Part shown: piece after piece, positions 49,836 to 60,772 of the stretch
How positions within the stretch are numbered: the first letter of the stretch is position 1
Layout: each line of letters starts with the position of its first letter
Assembly (NCBI GenBank): GCA_963845145.1
Contig: CAWJQU010000015.1
Location: 32,001-96,000, forward strand
DNA length: 64,000 nucleotides
Reading direction: 5' to 3'
Origin: an uncultured delta proteobacterium
GTDB lineage: Bacteria > Desulfobacterota > Desulfobacteria > Desulfobacterales > QNYZ01
Position numbers and translations under genes: made by a program
Notes under the pieces: generated by a model
Database searches by the model: none
The model's input: the letters and a program-made list of their open reading frames with translations, nothing else
What the model was told of the DNA's origin: nothing

Positions 49836-51512
49836 CTATGCGGCCAGTTGAAAGGCATTAGTGGTGGCGTTACGTATCTCGGCGGGTGTGAAAGGCTTGG
49901 GGAGATATTCCACGACTCCCATGCGTGCAGCTTCTACAGCCGTTTCAATGCTGGCATAGCCGGTAATCATTACGACACGGGCGTCGGGACGTTTTTCACG
50001 GATGGCGGACAGTAACTCCAAACCTTTTACACCGGGGATTTTAAGGTCCAACAGGATGACCCGATGGGCACCGCGATCAAGTTGTACCAGGGCCTCCTCC
50101 CTGGTAAGCGCCTGATCCACATGGTACCCTTTTTTTTGTAAAATTTTGCGAATGTTGTTGTTAACAGCCACCTCATCGTCGATAATCAGAATATTCTTAC
50201 TGGAAGGCTCTTTGGGGAATGCCAACACATCGTCGGGACGATTTTCCACCTGTGCATCCAGATGCGCAATATGCTTCTTAAGTTCTTCATAAGGCATCAT
50301 GACAACATCGTCATGATAAAGGTTTTGTGCATAATCAGGCCCAACTGCCTCGACGACTTCTCTGTAATCAAAAGGCTGGTCAATTCCCACCAGTGATTTG
50401 ACATCAGCGACGGCTGACTTGGCGGCCTGTTTTTTCTTTTTGGCTTTTTTCTTAGGACAGCTGGTTGTCTTTATACCCGCTTTACAGGTAGCACCTAATT
50501 TCTCAAAGATATCGCACACCATGGTGCCCACCTCACAGAAATTTTCCAGCGGTTCACTGGCCGTGACCTCAACCACCGGCACGTCAGATCGTGATAGCTG
50601 GTCGACATAGGTTTCACCAACGGATCCGGAGACTTCCGCTTGATCAAAAGGCATGTCAACATCGATGAACCTTTTTCCTTTTAACATCTGCTTCGACATG
50701 GCCTTCTTCAATTTCTCATAGGGCAGGAACGAGGCGCCTTCGTGGTGCAGGTTACGTACATATTCCGGCCCGGTAACGGAAATAACTTCCTCATAATCAA
50801 AAGGCTCGTCGATTCCAATGAGCCTACGCGTATCACCCGCGGCGTTAGCGGTAGCCGCTTTTTTCTTTTTCGCCTTTTTTTGGGGACAAGCCGCTGTTTT
50901 TACCCCTGCCTTGCAGGTGGCCCCCAGCTTCTTAAAGATGTCACACACCATATTGCCCACTTCACAGAAATTTTCCAACGGTTCACGGGCCTTAACCTCC
51001 ACGACCGGTATATCCGAAGGCCCCAGCATATCAGCGTAGGCCTCCCCCACGGCTTGGTCCACCTCTTCACGGTCAAAAGGCATGTCAATGTCGATGACAT
51101 TGATCTGCTCCCGCTCTGTTTCAGTAATAGACGCTTCCTGAATTTCACCGGCGAGCACCTTTTCAACCGTGGCTCTGAGTTCATCAGGTGTAAATGGTTT
51201 GGGGATATAGTCCAAAGCACCCATTCGAATCGCTTTCATGGCCGTATCGGTAGATGCATAAGCGGTTATCATCACCGCTTTGGTCAAAGGCCATTCTTCT
51301 TTAACCAGCTTTAGAAGCTCCAGCCCATTTTTGCCCGGCATGACAATATCGGATATTAACAGGGAAAATGATTCCTTGGCCATTTTTTCAATGGCTTCAT
51401 CAGCACTAACGGCATGCACCACTTCGTAATTATTTTTTGACAGGATTTTTTCAATATTTTCGCAAATCCTTTCTTCATCATCAACGACCATAATTTTAGT
51501 GGCAATTCCCAT
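49836..51512 (-). CDS. Dual receiver-domain protein with a duplicated 4-Cys central module
   Basis: N-terminal REC (VDDE, SDIVMP, KPF) and C-terminal REC (IDDE, LDLKIP, KPF). Two copies of FCEVGxMVCDIFxKLGATCKAGxKTxxCP. Confidence 0.9.
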   Translation of the reverse strand: MGIATKIMVVDDEERICENIEKILSKNNYEVVHAVSADEAIEKMAKESFSLLISDIVMPGKNGLELLKLVKEEWPLTKAVMITAYASTDTAMKAIRMGALDYIPKPFTPDELRATVEKVLAGEIQEASITETEREQINVIDIDMPFDREEVDQAVGEAYADMLGPSDIPVVEVKAREPLENFCEVGNMVCDIFKKLGATCKAGVKTAACPQKKAKKKKAATANAAGDTRRLIGIDEPFDYEEVISVTGPEYVRNLHHEGASFLPYEKLKKAMSKQMLKGKRFIDVDMPFDQAEVSGSVGETYVDQLSRSDVPVVEVTASEPLENFCEVGTMVCDIFEKLGATCKAGIKTTSCPKKKAKKKKQAAKSAVADVKSLVGIDQPFDYREVVEAVGPDYAQNLYHDDVVMMPYEELKKHIAHLDAQVENRPDDVLAFPKEPSSKNILIIDDEVAVNNNIRKILQKKGYHVDQALTREEALVQLDRGAHRVILLDLKIPGVKGLELLSAIREKRPDARVVMITGYASIETAVEAARMGVVEYLPKPFTPAEIRNATTNAFQLAA

Positions 51513-51600
51513 TTTTCCCCTCCATGGCTTTCCAAATGATAGATTGTCAATCGGTTTTGATTTTTATCGCACATTGTCAACTCATATTACCAATCCGTTA

Positions 51601-51616
51601 AGCAGAGTTCATGCCA
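51601..51616 (-). promoter_or_regulatory. Sigma54 -24/-12 promoter of the dual-REC gene
   Basis: Minus strand TGGCATGAACTCTGCT with GG-N10-GC spacing. Confidence 0.75.
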
Positions 51617-51690
51617 ACAATATTTTTTTCATTTAACATATTGTTTTAATTTAATTATCTTTTCTTTAATGATGGACACACGAGCCTGAA

Positions 51691-51848
51691 TGTATAAAAA
51701 ATATATACACGCCATTAAGATTTAATCCTATGACAGTGGGGTTCAACCAAGAATTGACCTGGGGTCTATCGCGCCGATAGAGGCATTCTGAATAGGGCGG
51801 GGTGCAGCGGGAGCTTCCGATAGGCACACGGTATAAATATCATATACA
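51691..51848. promoter_or_regulatory. Two TGTATA-N7-TATACA palindromes, candidate enhancer sites
   Basis: TGTATAAAAAATATATACA (51691-51709) and GGTATAAATATCATATACA (51830-51848). Confidence 0.6.
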
Positions 51849-51918
51849 GTGTATTTTATATTGACCGGGTGGCCGCAATATTCAACCAGCCTTAAACATC
51901 AACCGGTCTTATCATTCA

Positions 51919-53343
51919 TCATTTTTTATTTTGTTGATCATATGGTCTAACAATGTGATACTTTTTCATGAGGTTATGCAGATTGGTCCGTTGTAGTCCT
52001 GTTTTTTTAGCCGCTTGCGTAACGTTCCATTTGCTTTCGGCCAAAGCATTGAGGACAAAATTTTTCTCAATCCGCTGGATCGCTTTTTGTCTGACTGTTT
52101 TTTTTAGCCGCTTTAACTCTTCATTGGTTGTCGGCGTTGATTCAAGCAACTCTTCCATTTCCTCCCTGTCCATAAATAAGGGTATATCCTTTAATAATAT
52201 TCGGTTGGTTTCACATAGGATCACGGCTCTTTCAACCACATTTTTAAGCTGCCTGACATTACCCGGCCAATCAAATGCCTTTAACCGATGAACGGCGTCA
52301 TCATCAAACCCTTCAATTGATTTTTCCAGCTGATGAGAGAATTGTTCGAGAAAATGATACGCGATGGGCAGAATGTCCGTCTTTCTCTCCCTTAAGGGGG
52401 GCAGGATAATGGGGTATACATCGATACGATAATAAAAATCCTCTCTGAATGTATGCTGCGCCACCATTTCCGCAAGGTCCTTATTCGTGGCCAAAATTAA
52501 ACGCACATCGACCTGTTGCAGTTTTGTATCCCCCAGCATTAAAAATTCTCGTGTTTCAAGAAAACGCAGTAGCTTACCCTGTACCTCTAAACTGATGTTG
52601 CTGATTTCATCTAGAAATACCGTCCCCCCATGGGCCAATTTGAAGATACCATCCTTATCCTTATGGGCACCGGTAAACGCTCCCTGTTTGTGCCCGAACA
52701 ACTCACTGGCCAGCAGACTGCTGTTCAAGGTACCGCAATCCACAGCATAAAAGACCCTCTGATGGCGTTGACTGTTGGCATGAACCGCCCGGGCAATTAA
52801 TTCCTTACCGGTTCCACTTTCACCGTAAACCAATACGGTTGCGTTGGTAGGGGCCACCTTTCCGACCATAGAAATGACTTTTTCAATTTTAGGACTGCTT
52901 CCGATGAGTTGATGGGAAATGGGCTTTGAAAATTTTTCCGGTTGACCAAGCCTATGATTCTGTAAAAAGATTTCCCTTTGATCCGCAGTTTGCTTTACAA
53001 CAGCACGAAGTTCATGGGGCGTAAACGGTTTGGGTAGATAATCACAAGCTCCCATTTTCATAACTTCAACCGCGGATGCCACCGAGGCATACCCCGTAAT
53101 AACAATTACTTGAACATCCGGATAGCTTTCTTTAACCTGAAGCAGGACCTCCATTCCCCCTAACCGACTCATTTTCAGATCGGTAATCACAATCTGATAT
53201 CGATTATCTTCCATCATTTTTAAGGCGTCATATCCATTTAAGGCATAATCCACCTCATAGCCGGATTTGGTCAATATCCTCATGCAGTTGCGACAAATCT
53301 GCTGCTCGTCATCAATGATTAGAATGCGGAGTATCGACCGCAT
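51919..53343 (-). CDS. Sigma54-dependent response regulator
   Basis: REC domain, GESGTGKE, GAFTGA, WPGNVRQL and Fis HTH. Confidence 0.95.
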   Translation of the reverse strand: MRSILRILIIDDEQQICRNCMRILTKSGYEVDYALNGYDALKMMEDNRYQIVITDLKMSRLGGMEVLLQVKESYPDVQVIVITGYASVASAVEVMKMGACDYLPKPFTPHELRAVVKQTADQREIFLQNHRLGQPEKFSKPISHQLIGSSPKIEKVISMVGKVAPTNATVLVYGESGTGKELIARAVHANSQRHQRVFYAVDCGTLNSSLLASELFGHKQGAFTGAHKDKDGIFKLAHGGTVFLDEISNISLEVQGKLLRFLETREFLMLGDTKLQQVDVRLILATNKDLAEMVAQHTFREDFYYRIDVYPIILPPLRERKTDILPIAYHFLEQFSHQLEKSIEGFDDDAVHRLKAFDWPGNVRQLKNVVERAVILCETNRILLKDIPLFMDREEMEELLESTPTTNEELKRLKKTVRQKAIQRIEKNFVLNALAESKWNVTQAAKKTGLQRTNLHNLMKKYHIVRPYDQQNKK

Positions 53344-54772
53344 GAACATCTCCTTTGGCAACAGGCAGCCGAATAGTGAATTCAGTGCCCTCATCAATTT
53401 TACTTGTCACATCAATGGTACCATCATGTTGTTCGATGATTCCATGGGTGATGGCCAGCCCTAAACCAGTTCCCGTTTTTTTATCGGTAAAAAATGGGTC
53501 GAAAATTCGATTGATTGTTTTTTCAGAGATTCCCTTGCCATTATCCGCTACCTTCACTTCAATCATACAATCCAAGGGGGAGAAAAGAGTCGCCACGGAG
53601 ATTTTACCACCGGGATTGGTGGCTTCAATAGAATTAATAATGAGGTTGATGATTGCCTGCTGAATTTGCCCCTTGTCTACATTGGCAAGCGGAATTTTTT
53701 TGGAATAATGTTCTTCAACGATTAGACTTTTAAAGGCTGCCTGTTTTTTGATCAGGAGAATCGTCTCTCCAATGATCACATTCAGGTCATATTCTTTTTT
53801 AGCTGGGTTGGATTGTCTTGCAAAATCAAGCAAACTCGTTACAATTTTTCGGCAACGAAGCGTCTCTTTAGAAATCGTATCCAACTCTTGATAGATGGGG
53901 TCATCAGGATTCAAATCTTCCTGAATAAGCATCGCTGTTGTTAAGATTGTCGTCAAAGGGTTGTTAATTTCATGGGCGACACCAGCGGACAGCCTCCCTA
54001 CGGATGCGAGCTTTTCCTGGTTCATCATGTTTTTCTGCATATTGATATCATTAGTGATGTCACGAGAAATTTCAATGGCACCAGTCACTGCGTCTTTATC
54101 AAATATGGGGTAGGTGGATATTGAATAATGTATTGTATTACCGGCTTTATCTAGATGGACATGCGTTGTCTGAAAAGGTTGTTTGTTGGTTATCGTTTGC
54201 AAAAGGGGGCAAGGGTGATCCTCTCCTGAGCAGGGCTTGTCTCGATAATGTGTAATTTCATAGCAATAGCGACCAATCGCCTCGCTCCGATTTAGCCTTA
54301 ATTTATTAAGTAACTTATCATTTGCATCAACCACCCTGTAATCTGATGAAATAACGAGTATCTCCTCTTGAATTAGTTCATTAACAGCCAATTTGTACAG
54401 CTTTTGGGTCTCTTGAAGCTTTTCAGTCGTGTATTTTTTACTGTCAGAAATAGCTGAGATCTCCCAAAATAGCCGGGCCGTCTTATGGGCGATGGCACGA
54501 ACATGCCGCTTTTTTTTCTTCAAAATATCGTGGTAAACATTCATCTGCCCGGTAAGCTCTATGAATAAGTCGATATCATCCCGTTTAAAAAAATCATTAT
54601 AATCATTCGTGACAAATAATCCGTTCTCTCTCGCCAGCACAAAACCCGGAGCCCTTTCGTTGGTGTCAGCTACTCCGATAATTTGTGGAAATATTTCTTT
54701 GAAAGTATGTTCTTTCACAATATTGATGAGTTCGCGGCATCTTTTCCCGCCACCGACCACAACGATATTCAT
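53312..54772 (-). CDS. Soluble histidine kinase with N-terminal Rossmann-like domain and PAS
   Basis: NIVVVGGG...IIGVAD...DIDLFIELTG, PAS containing CYEITH...PC...HPCP, AHEINNPL and GTGLGL. Confidence 0.93.
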   Translation of the reverse strand: MNIVVVGGGKRCRELINIVKEHTFKEIFPQIIGVADTNERAPGFVLARENGLFVTNDYNDFFKRDDIDLFIELTGQMNVYHDILKKKKRHVRAIAHKTARLFWEISAISDSKKYTTEKLQETQKLYKLAVNELIQEEILVISSDYRVVDANDKLLNKLRLNRSEAIGRYCYEITHYRDKPCSGEDHPCPLLQTITNKQPFQTTHVHLDKAGNTIHYSISTYPIFDKDAVTGAIEISRDITNDINMQKNMMNQEKLASVGRLSAGVAHEINNPLTTILTTAMLIQEDLNPDDPIYQELDTISKETLRCRKIVTSLLDFARQSNPAKKEYDLNVIIGETILLIKKQAAFKSLIVEEHYSKKIPLANVDKGQIQQAIINLIINSIEATNPGGKISVATLFSPLDCMIEVKVADNGKGISEKTINRIFDPFFTDKKTGTGLGLAITHGIIEQHDGTIDVTSKIDEGTEFTIRLPVAKGDVHAVDTPHSNH

Positions 54773-55237
54773 TTTTCATTTCCTTTAATGAGGATAAAAA
54801 GCAGCGTTAGGCATTGAAAATGGGGAAAATAGATTTCTTTCAATTGCCTTTTTTTGTGAAAGCCTACTCACCGTTATTGTGCGCCTATCGCACATAAATG
54901 ACGGTTTGAACTAAAAGGCTATGTGAAGATGTTGTCTGATTCGATCGGATAAATTAGATAATCATAATAGCAATGTCAATCGAATCAAAAAGAATGCCCA
55001 TTCTATATATGGTCATTTCGGGATAGATGGATCTCCCCTCATCCCTGCGGTAAGCAGGAATTCGATGAGTTCTTCAAAGTGTGACTATATCTAAAGGCAT
55101 AGACGGCAAGATAAATGAAGGTATCAGATGTGATTTTTTTTAAACCGTTCAACGGCTTGAGACATCAGAGAGATAAATGTAACCCATTGCTATTACAACA
55201 GTTTTTGGAAAATCGAATTCCAAACATTTTCTATCCG

Positions 55238-56419
55238 CTACTCAGCTAGCATCTTGTCATAATAACGGCAGGCCAGCATCCCGGTTACAAGGGTTCGAAC
55301 AACCAGGTTTTTAATCATGGCCGCCAAGGCTGCACTGCACTGATTGTACTCTTCGGCGAGTTTGCGCGTATCGGGCTTTAATAGTTCAATATCACTGTCA
55401 CCGAACACACACGCACCGGTTAATTTGAGCGCCGAATCAAGAAAGGATAGATCGCCGATCACATCCCCGGCCTCCAAATCGGCCAGGGGAATAAAATGCT
55501 CACCCTGGTCAACGATCAAATGCCCCTCACCGCCCTTAATAATCATCACCTGATCATTGCCCATGCCTGGGAGGGCCAGGGGCTCTTTCTCAAGAAAATT
55601 ACTGCTAAACAATTGTTCGCCGCCGGAATAGCGTACCGCCGTATCAGTCATTTTTTTCAACCGTCGCGCCATTCCCGTTGCCAGGGATTGAAACTCAGGT
55701 GATTTCCCCGAAAACTCAGAATAGAGACGTTCTATGTCCAGGACACCTAAATGAACCGGGCCGGAGGCCAATAGGCTCGTAGAGCGGGCTTTTTCATCGG
55801 TGAAGAATAAAATTGAGCCTGGATAGGTACCTGACCCCAAACGCAGCAGTTGCGTATTTCCCTCGGGTGTCTTTTTAACCACATCGGCCTTGCCGTCCAG
55901 AATGACATACACCCAACGACCAAATTTTCCCTCCATAAAGATAGGTTGGCCATCAGTATATCGCTCTTCATCGACAATATCCGTATAATCCGGGGAATCT
56001 CCCCTTATCAAAGGTAGCTTGAGCGTATCGGATGCGTTGGGTTTCCGGTTTGAACTTGCCATCGAAACCTCGTTCTCCGGACCCAATATTTTTATTTTGC
56101 CCTCATCCAATAACCGCACAGCATTCATGATGACGCTCATGCGGTCTTGGTTTATGCGACGCTCACCGGGGTGGTGCTGGTTGGAAAAATGAAAACGCCC
56201 CCCCTTCCACCCAAACAGTGCGTAAAGGGCATCTAAGCCGGTTTTTTCACCATCTGATGCATCAACCGGCGTACCGTCAGAAAACTCAATCTGTCCTTCG
56301 CTGTCAGACCAGGGTGAATTAATACATAATACTCCACTTTTTCCTGTCATTCCAATTAATTGTAATATTTCCCCCAATTCGATAAAATCGAGGTCGCCGG
56401 ATAAAAGATCGCGACTCAT
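55238..56419 (-). CDS. DUF4388 plus cyclic-nucleotide-binding domain protein
   Basis: LSGDLDFIELGEILQLIGMTGKSGVL...LFGWKGGRFHF. CNB-like IFMEG...YVILDGKADV...RSTSL. Confidence 0.85.
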   Translation of the reverse strand: MSRDLLSGDLDFIELGEILQLIGMTGKSGVLCINSPWSDSEGQIEFSDGTPVDASDGEKTGLDALYALFGWKGGRFHFSNQHHPGERRINQDRMSVIMNAVRLLDEGKIKILGPENEVSMASSNRKPNASDTLKLPLIRGDSPDYTDIVDEERYTDGQPIFMEGKFGRWVYVILDGKADVVKKTPEGNTQLLRLGSGTYPGSILFFTDEKARSTSLLASGPVHLGVLDIERLYSEFSGKSPEFQSLATGMARRLKKMTDTAVRYSGGEQLFSSNFLEKEPLALPGMGNDQVMIIKGGEGHLIVDQGEHFIPLADLEAGDVIGDLSFLDSALKLTGACVFGDSDIELLKPDTRKLAEEYNQCSAALAAMIKNLVVRTLVTGMLACRYYDKMLAE

Positions 56420-56690
56420 ACCAAAAATTCCTATATCAAGACTTATTTAAAAAATACCTTTTCCAGGCTTATTTTGGATTAGAATTACAATCGGCCCTGG
56501 ACAATGATCGATCCACAACAAACACTGATTTTACACCAAATCATCACACATAGCCTGCATTTTTTGATCGCCATCTTGGGACTATATGTTTTATTGGGGC
56601 TGATGATATTTTGATGCTATAGGGTGCTACACATTTGGACAAGAGAAACGATAATAAACCGGTAAATAAAATATAGCTAATTCAAAATTG

Positions 56691-57053
56691 TCAATTTACG
56701 GAAATGTCTAAAGACTTGTTAAACAGGTTGTTTTTTTGTAACCATTCAAAGGGTTCAATCCGGTCCCAGTAATCCTTGCGCGCCAAAATCTTAACCAAAA
56801 CAAGTAATGTTTTTAGTCTGTTATCGTCGAGATGGCCCTTATTTCCAAGGCAATTGTCTTCGTCTATTTGCATAAAATCCAAAATGCTCAAGGCGTCTAT
56901 CGATTCATCATCCAGTTGAAATTCAACGGATAACACGCCATGTGGGGTTAGGATATTCATATCCATCCAGCCATCGAATCGAAATTGGGTTGATAAGATC
57001 TGAAAAGAGTTCATATGTTGGGTATTCTCCCATAGCAGCGTTTTCACGTTCAC
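56691..57053 (-). CDS. Hypothetical protein
   Basis: 120-aa ORF in otherwise empty space. Start is uncertain and no motif was recognised. Confidence 0.4.
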   Translation of the reverse strand: MNVKTLLWENTQHMNSFQILSTQFRFDGWMDMNILTPHGVLSVEFQLDDESIDALSILDFMQIDEDNCLGNKGHLDDNRLKTLLVLVKILARKDYWDRIEPFEWLQKNNLFNKSLDISVN

Positions 57054-57498
57054 ACCGACCGGCTGAGAAGCTGAAAGGCGTGATTTATTCCCTTTGTCAC
57101 TTACATCTCTGCAAAAGCGATGCCATAGATCTTAAACAGAATTAAAAGCTGTTCAGAGTTGAATAGGGACAACAATATGAATCGGATATGGCTCGAATCA
57201 GACCGACAAACCGATCAAATTCCGGAAAAAATTAATTAGAGCAACCGGTTTAGGCGCTCTTGACTGGAAAAGACTGAAGGAATCGCTTTTACGAATAGAG
57301 GTTATTTCTTTTAAGATTCTGTAATTTTAAATAAAACGTCATGTCCATACCTGCCAGTACCAATAGATGGTCACCAAAAAAACGGCCATTAAAACGGAAT
57401 AGATCGAGAGCGACAAGAAATTAGTATTACAAAACCGTAATTAATGGCTATCCCCATAAGGTAAAGCTTTTTGATAAAAGCTATCTTATAGGATAAGA

Positions 57499-57930
57499 TT
57501 AAGAATCCTGATCCGGAGGGGCAGGTATGGGAACTTTAAAGAACTCAATCCCTTCTGATTCCAACATTTTCTCTTCACTTTTGGTACTGACGCCCCTTAT
57601 ATTTCGAGGCTCCGTAACGCCGTAATGAATTTTTAACGCCTCTTTTGAAAAATCGGAGCCGACATTATCAAAATTATTTTTGACAAAATCAGCGACTTCG
57701 CGACTCATCTCTACCAGGGCATTCTGCTTCCGCTGCAATTCATCTAGGGTTCCGTGGGATGACGTCGACGATTTAATAGAAATTGGAGAAAAGATTTTCG
57801 CCACTGAATTGTCATTACATACCGGACATGTGATCAGGTCTTTTCTCTTCTGTTTCTCGTAGGCACGGTTGTCTTCAAACCATCCCTCAAATGTGTGCCC
57901 GTTTGCACATTGTAAATCAAAGGCAATCAT
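57499..57930 (-). CDS. DUF1178 family protein
   Basis: MIAFDLQCANGHTFEGWF...CPVC...NVGSDFSKEALKIHYG...IRG. Confidence 0.92.
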   Translation of the reverse strand: MIAFDLQCANGHTFEGWFEDNRAYEKQKRKDLITCPVCNDNSVAKIFSPISIKSSTSSHGTLDELQRKQNALVEMSREVADFVKNNFDNVGSDFSKEALKIHYGVTEPRNIRGVSTKSEEKMLESEGIEFFKVPIPAPPDQDS

Positions 57931-58168
57931 GAAATATTCCCTGCCAATAAAATTGCAACTTAAATTATTGGCCGTATCTTACTTTTATTTAAATTCACTT
58001 TTAATCGGCTGTAACCATAGCATAAACAGTGAGAATAAAAAAGAAAATATTGACAAGTTAATAAATATCAATAAAGAATACAGGGTTGTTGAGCAGGATA
58101 AAGACAGGTTGAGCTAACGGCTCACAGCGTTTAATACAGCCCTGTAACTTAGTAAAAATGGAGCCTTC

Positions 58169-58829
58169 ATGATGACAAAACGCGTGCTGATTATATGCTT
58201 AATTTTATTTAGCTTTTATAAATTTCGCCCATGCGGCAAACGCTAACTATATCGCGGGAGATTTACAGGTAACGTTTCGGACCGGACCGGGAAAGAAACA
58301 CAAGGTTCTCGCCATGGTCTCTTCCGGTGAAAAGATTATCGTTCTTGAACCGGGGAATGAGTGGTCCAAAGTGCGTCTTAATGACGGCAAGATCGGGTAT
58401 GTGTTAAAGCGTTTTATCACTGCAGAGACTCCCTGCAATATCACCCTTGACCGCCTACAAAAGAAACATCATTCCTTAGTAGAACAATCGGCAGAGCCAT
58501 TAAAAGAGGTCGCCCGACTGACCGACGAGAACGAGCAGCTCCAAACCAATTTTGCGGCTGTAGAGCGATCATTGAATGATCTGCAAATTGAACACGAGAC
58601 TTTAAAAAAGGAATCCAAGGATTTTATAAACATCAAAACCAAATACACCCAAACATCCAAACAGCTCACCGAACAATCGGGTAAGGTTGAGAAACTCGAA
58701 TCGGAAATCGCCCGCCTGGGATGGAACCAAAGTATTCGCTGGTTTTTAAGCGGTGCCGGCGTCATGTTACTGGGATATATTATCGGTTTTTTCTCAAAGA
58801 AGCGCCGCCGTCGCTCGTCGTTATTATAA
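58169..58829 (+). CDS. SH3-domain coiled-coil membrane protein (YgiM/TIGR04211-like), one frameshift in the signal peptide (~58215)
   Basis: GGAG RBS and ATG 58169. After the shift: AHAANANYIAGDLQVTFRTGPG...WSKVRLNDGKIGYV...WFLSGAGV...KKRRRRS. Confidence 0.85.
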
Positions 58830-59098
58830 CGTCGTTATTATAACCAGGGTAAGGTTAAGGAAAGTAATCCAATTTTGGCGACCCTTATTTCTTCAAAATG
58901 AAGACCCGGGCCCGGATGACCGTAAAAACCCCTTTCAAACAATCGGGTAGCCGGATGATACATTGGCCTTTTAACCAAAGCCCGGTTGGTTATAGGCCGA
59001 CCATAGGCCATATTGACAATTGTATAAATTGCATTACCATTCACACAAAATGATCTAAAAATATCCCCTGCTGCTACAGGCGGTTCCCAGGAAATCAA

Positions 59099-60214
59099 AT
59101 GACATCAAAACGTGACTATTACGAAATATTAGAAATTGATAAAAGCGCCACCGAGACAGAGCTAAAAACGGCCTATCGGCGCCAGGCGATAAAATACCAC
59201 CCGGATAAAAATCCCGGAGATCAACAGGCCGAAGACAAGTTTAAAGAGGCTGCGGAAGCATACGAAGTATTACGCGACCCGCGCAAGCGCCAGATCTACG
59301 ACCAATACGGTCACCAAGGCCTGGAGGGGACCGGATTTTCAGGCTTTAGCGGATTCGAGGATATCTTCGATAGTTTCGGCGGTATTTTTGAGGACCTTTT
59401 TGGTTTTCGGTCAGGCGGGCGAGGCCATAATCGACGGCAGCGCGGGGCCGATCTACGCTATGACCTCAGCCTGGAATTCAAAGAAGCCGCATTTGGAAAA
59501 GAAACTGAGATCGACATTGAAAAAATGGCCGCCTGCGGATCTTGTGAGGGAAGTGGATGCGAGCCCGGCACCTATCCGGAGAACTGTCCAGATTGTCAGG
59601 GAAGCGGTCAGGTCTCTCGCAATCAGGGTTTTTTCACGATTCGCACCACTTGCTCCAGCTGTCGCGGGGCAGGAAAGATCATTACGCATCATTGTCCTGA
59701 ATGCCGTGGTGCGGGTCAGATCAAACAGGTCAAACGGGTGTCCGTAAAAATTCCCGGCGGGGTGGATCATGGGTCGCGCCTTCGACTTTCCGGTGAGGGC
59801 GAGGGCGGTTTAATCGGCGGCCCACCTGGCGACCTTTACGTTTTTATCCATGTTAAAGATCACGATTTTTTCCATCGCGACAATACCGATGTTATCTGCC
59901 GTATCCCCATTTCGTTTATTCAAGCCGCGCTAGGAGATGAGATCCCGGTTCCAACCCTGACCGGGGAAGAAGTCCTTAAAGTGCCCAAGGGGACACAACC
60001 CGGCGATACCTTCCGCTTACCGGGACAGGGAATTCCATCGCTTCGAAATGGCCGGCGTGGGAATCAAATCGTTCAGGTTCAGGTTAAAACACCCACCCGG
60101 CTAACCAAAAAACAGGAAAAATTATTGCAGGAATTTAAAAAATTGGAAGCCGCCAAGCTAACCAATAAAATTAAAAATGTACTAAAAGGGGATCGGGTCA
60201 AAGCTGCTGGATAA
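59099..60214 (+). CDS. dnaJ: Chaperone DnaJ
   Basis: J domain with HPD, G/F region and four CxxCxGxG repeats. Confidence 0.97.
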   Translation: MTSKRDYYEILEIDKSATETELKTAYRRQAIKYHPDKNPGDQQAEDKFKEAAEAYEVLRDPRKRQIYDQYGHQGLEGTGFSGFSGFEDIFDSFGGIFEDLFGFRSGGRGHNRRQRGADLRYDLSLEFKEAAFGKETEIDIEKMAACGSCEGSGCEPGTYPENCPDCQGSGQVSRNQGFFTIRTTCSSCRGAGKIITHHCPECRGAGQIKQVKRVSVKIPGGVDHGSRLRLSGEGEGGLIGGPPGDLYVFIHVKDHDFFHRDNTDVICRIPISFIQAALGDEIPVPTLTGEEVLKVPKGTQPGDTFRLPGQGIPSLRNGRRGNQIVQVQVKTPTRLTKKQEKLLQEFKKLEAAKLTNKIKNVLKGDRVKAAG

Positions 60215-60334
60215 CCCCTATCCACCCATTCAACGACCGACTTTTTTTGTCCTAGGTCATTCCCAAAGCAATATTTTCGGGATCGTGAATTTTTGGGCAG
60301 AAAAAAGGCCTTAAACCCAAGCAATGGCAATCCC

Positions 60335-60713
60335 ATGTTTGAACTAAAAATATTTACCGATTTTTCCGCCGCTCATCAATTGGCAATGGTTGGAGAAAAA
60401 TGTGAAAATCTGCACGGGCATAACTGGAACGTGGAGGTACGTGTTACCGGCAAGAAACTGGATCGGGGTGGCGTATTAATCGATTTTGGTGTGCTAAAAA
60501 AATATGTGGCCGAAATCATGGCCACTCCTAGATCATCAATTTTTAAATGAACTGGACTTCTTCAATGAAGCGGTTCCCCCCTCTTCGGAAAACATCGCCA
60601 TTTATATCACCAAAGCCCTACAGTCAAAACTCACCCACCCCGATGTTAGGGTTTTTAGTGTATCCGCCTGGGAGTCGGCCAACTCATGCGCCACTTATAT
60701 TGTGGACGATTAA
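60335..60713 (+). CDS. queD: 6-carboxytetrahydropterin synthase, one frameshift (~60527)
   Basis: FSAAH...CENLHGHNW...IDF in one frame and LDHQFLNE...PSSENIA...WES in another. Confidence 0.9.
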
Positions 60714-60772
60714 TGTATTAAGATTGAAAACCGGGCGGGACCAAGAGCAAGCAATTTAGCAACAGCGGGGAG

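Noticed and set aside
58960..59010. Hairpin upstream of dnaJ as a CIRCE element or ncRNA
   Set aside because: It does not match TTAGCACTC-N9-GAGTGCTAA. The imperfect stem has no other support.
58169..60713. Frameshifts in the SH3 gene and queD as programmed or phase-variable events
   Set aside because: They are single extra bases in very short runs within conserved genes, most simply explained as sequencing errors.
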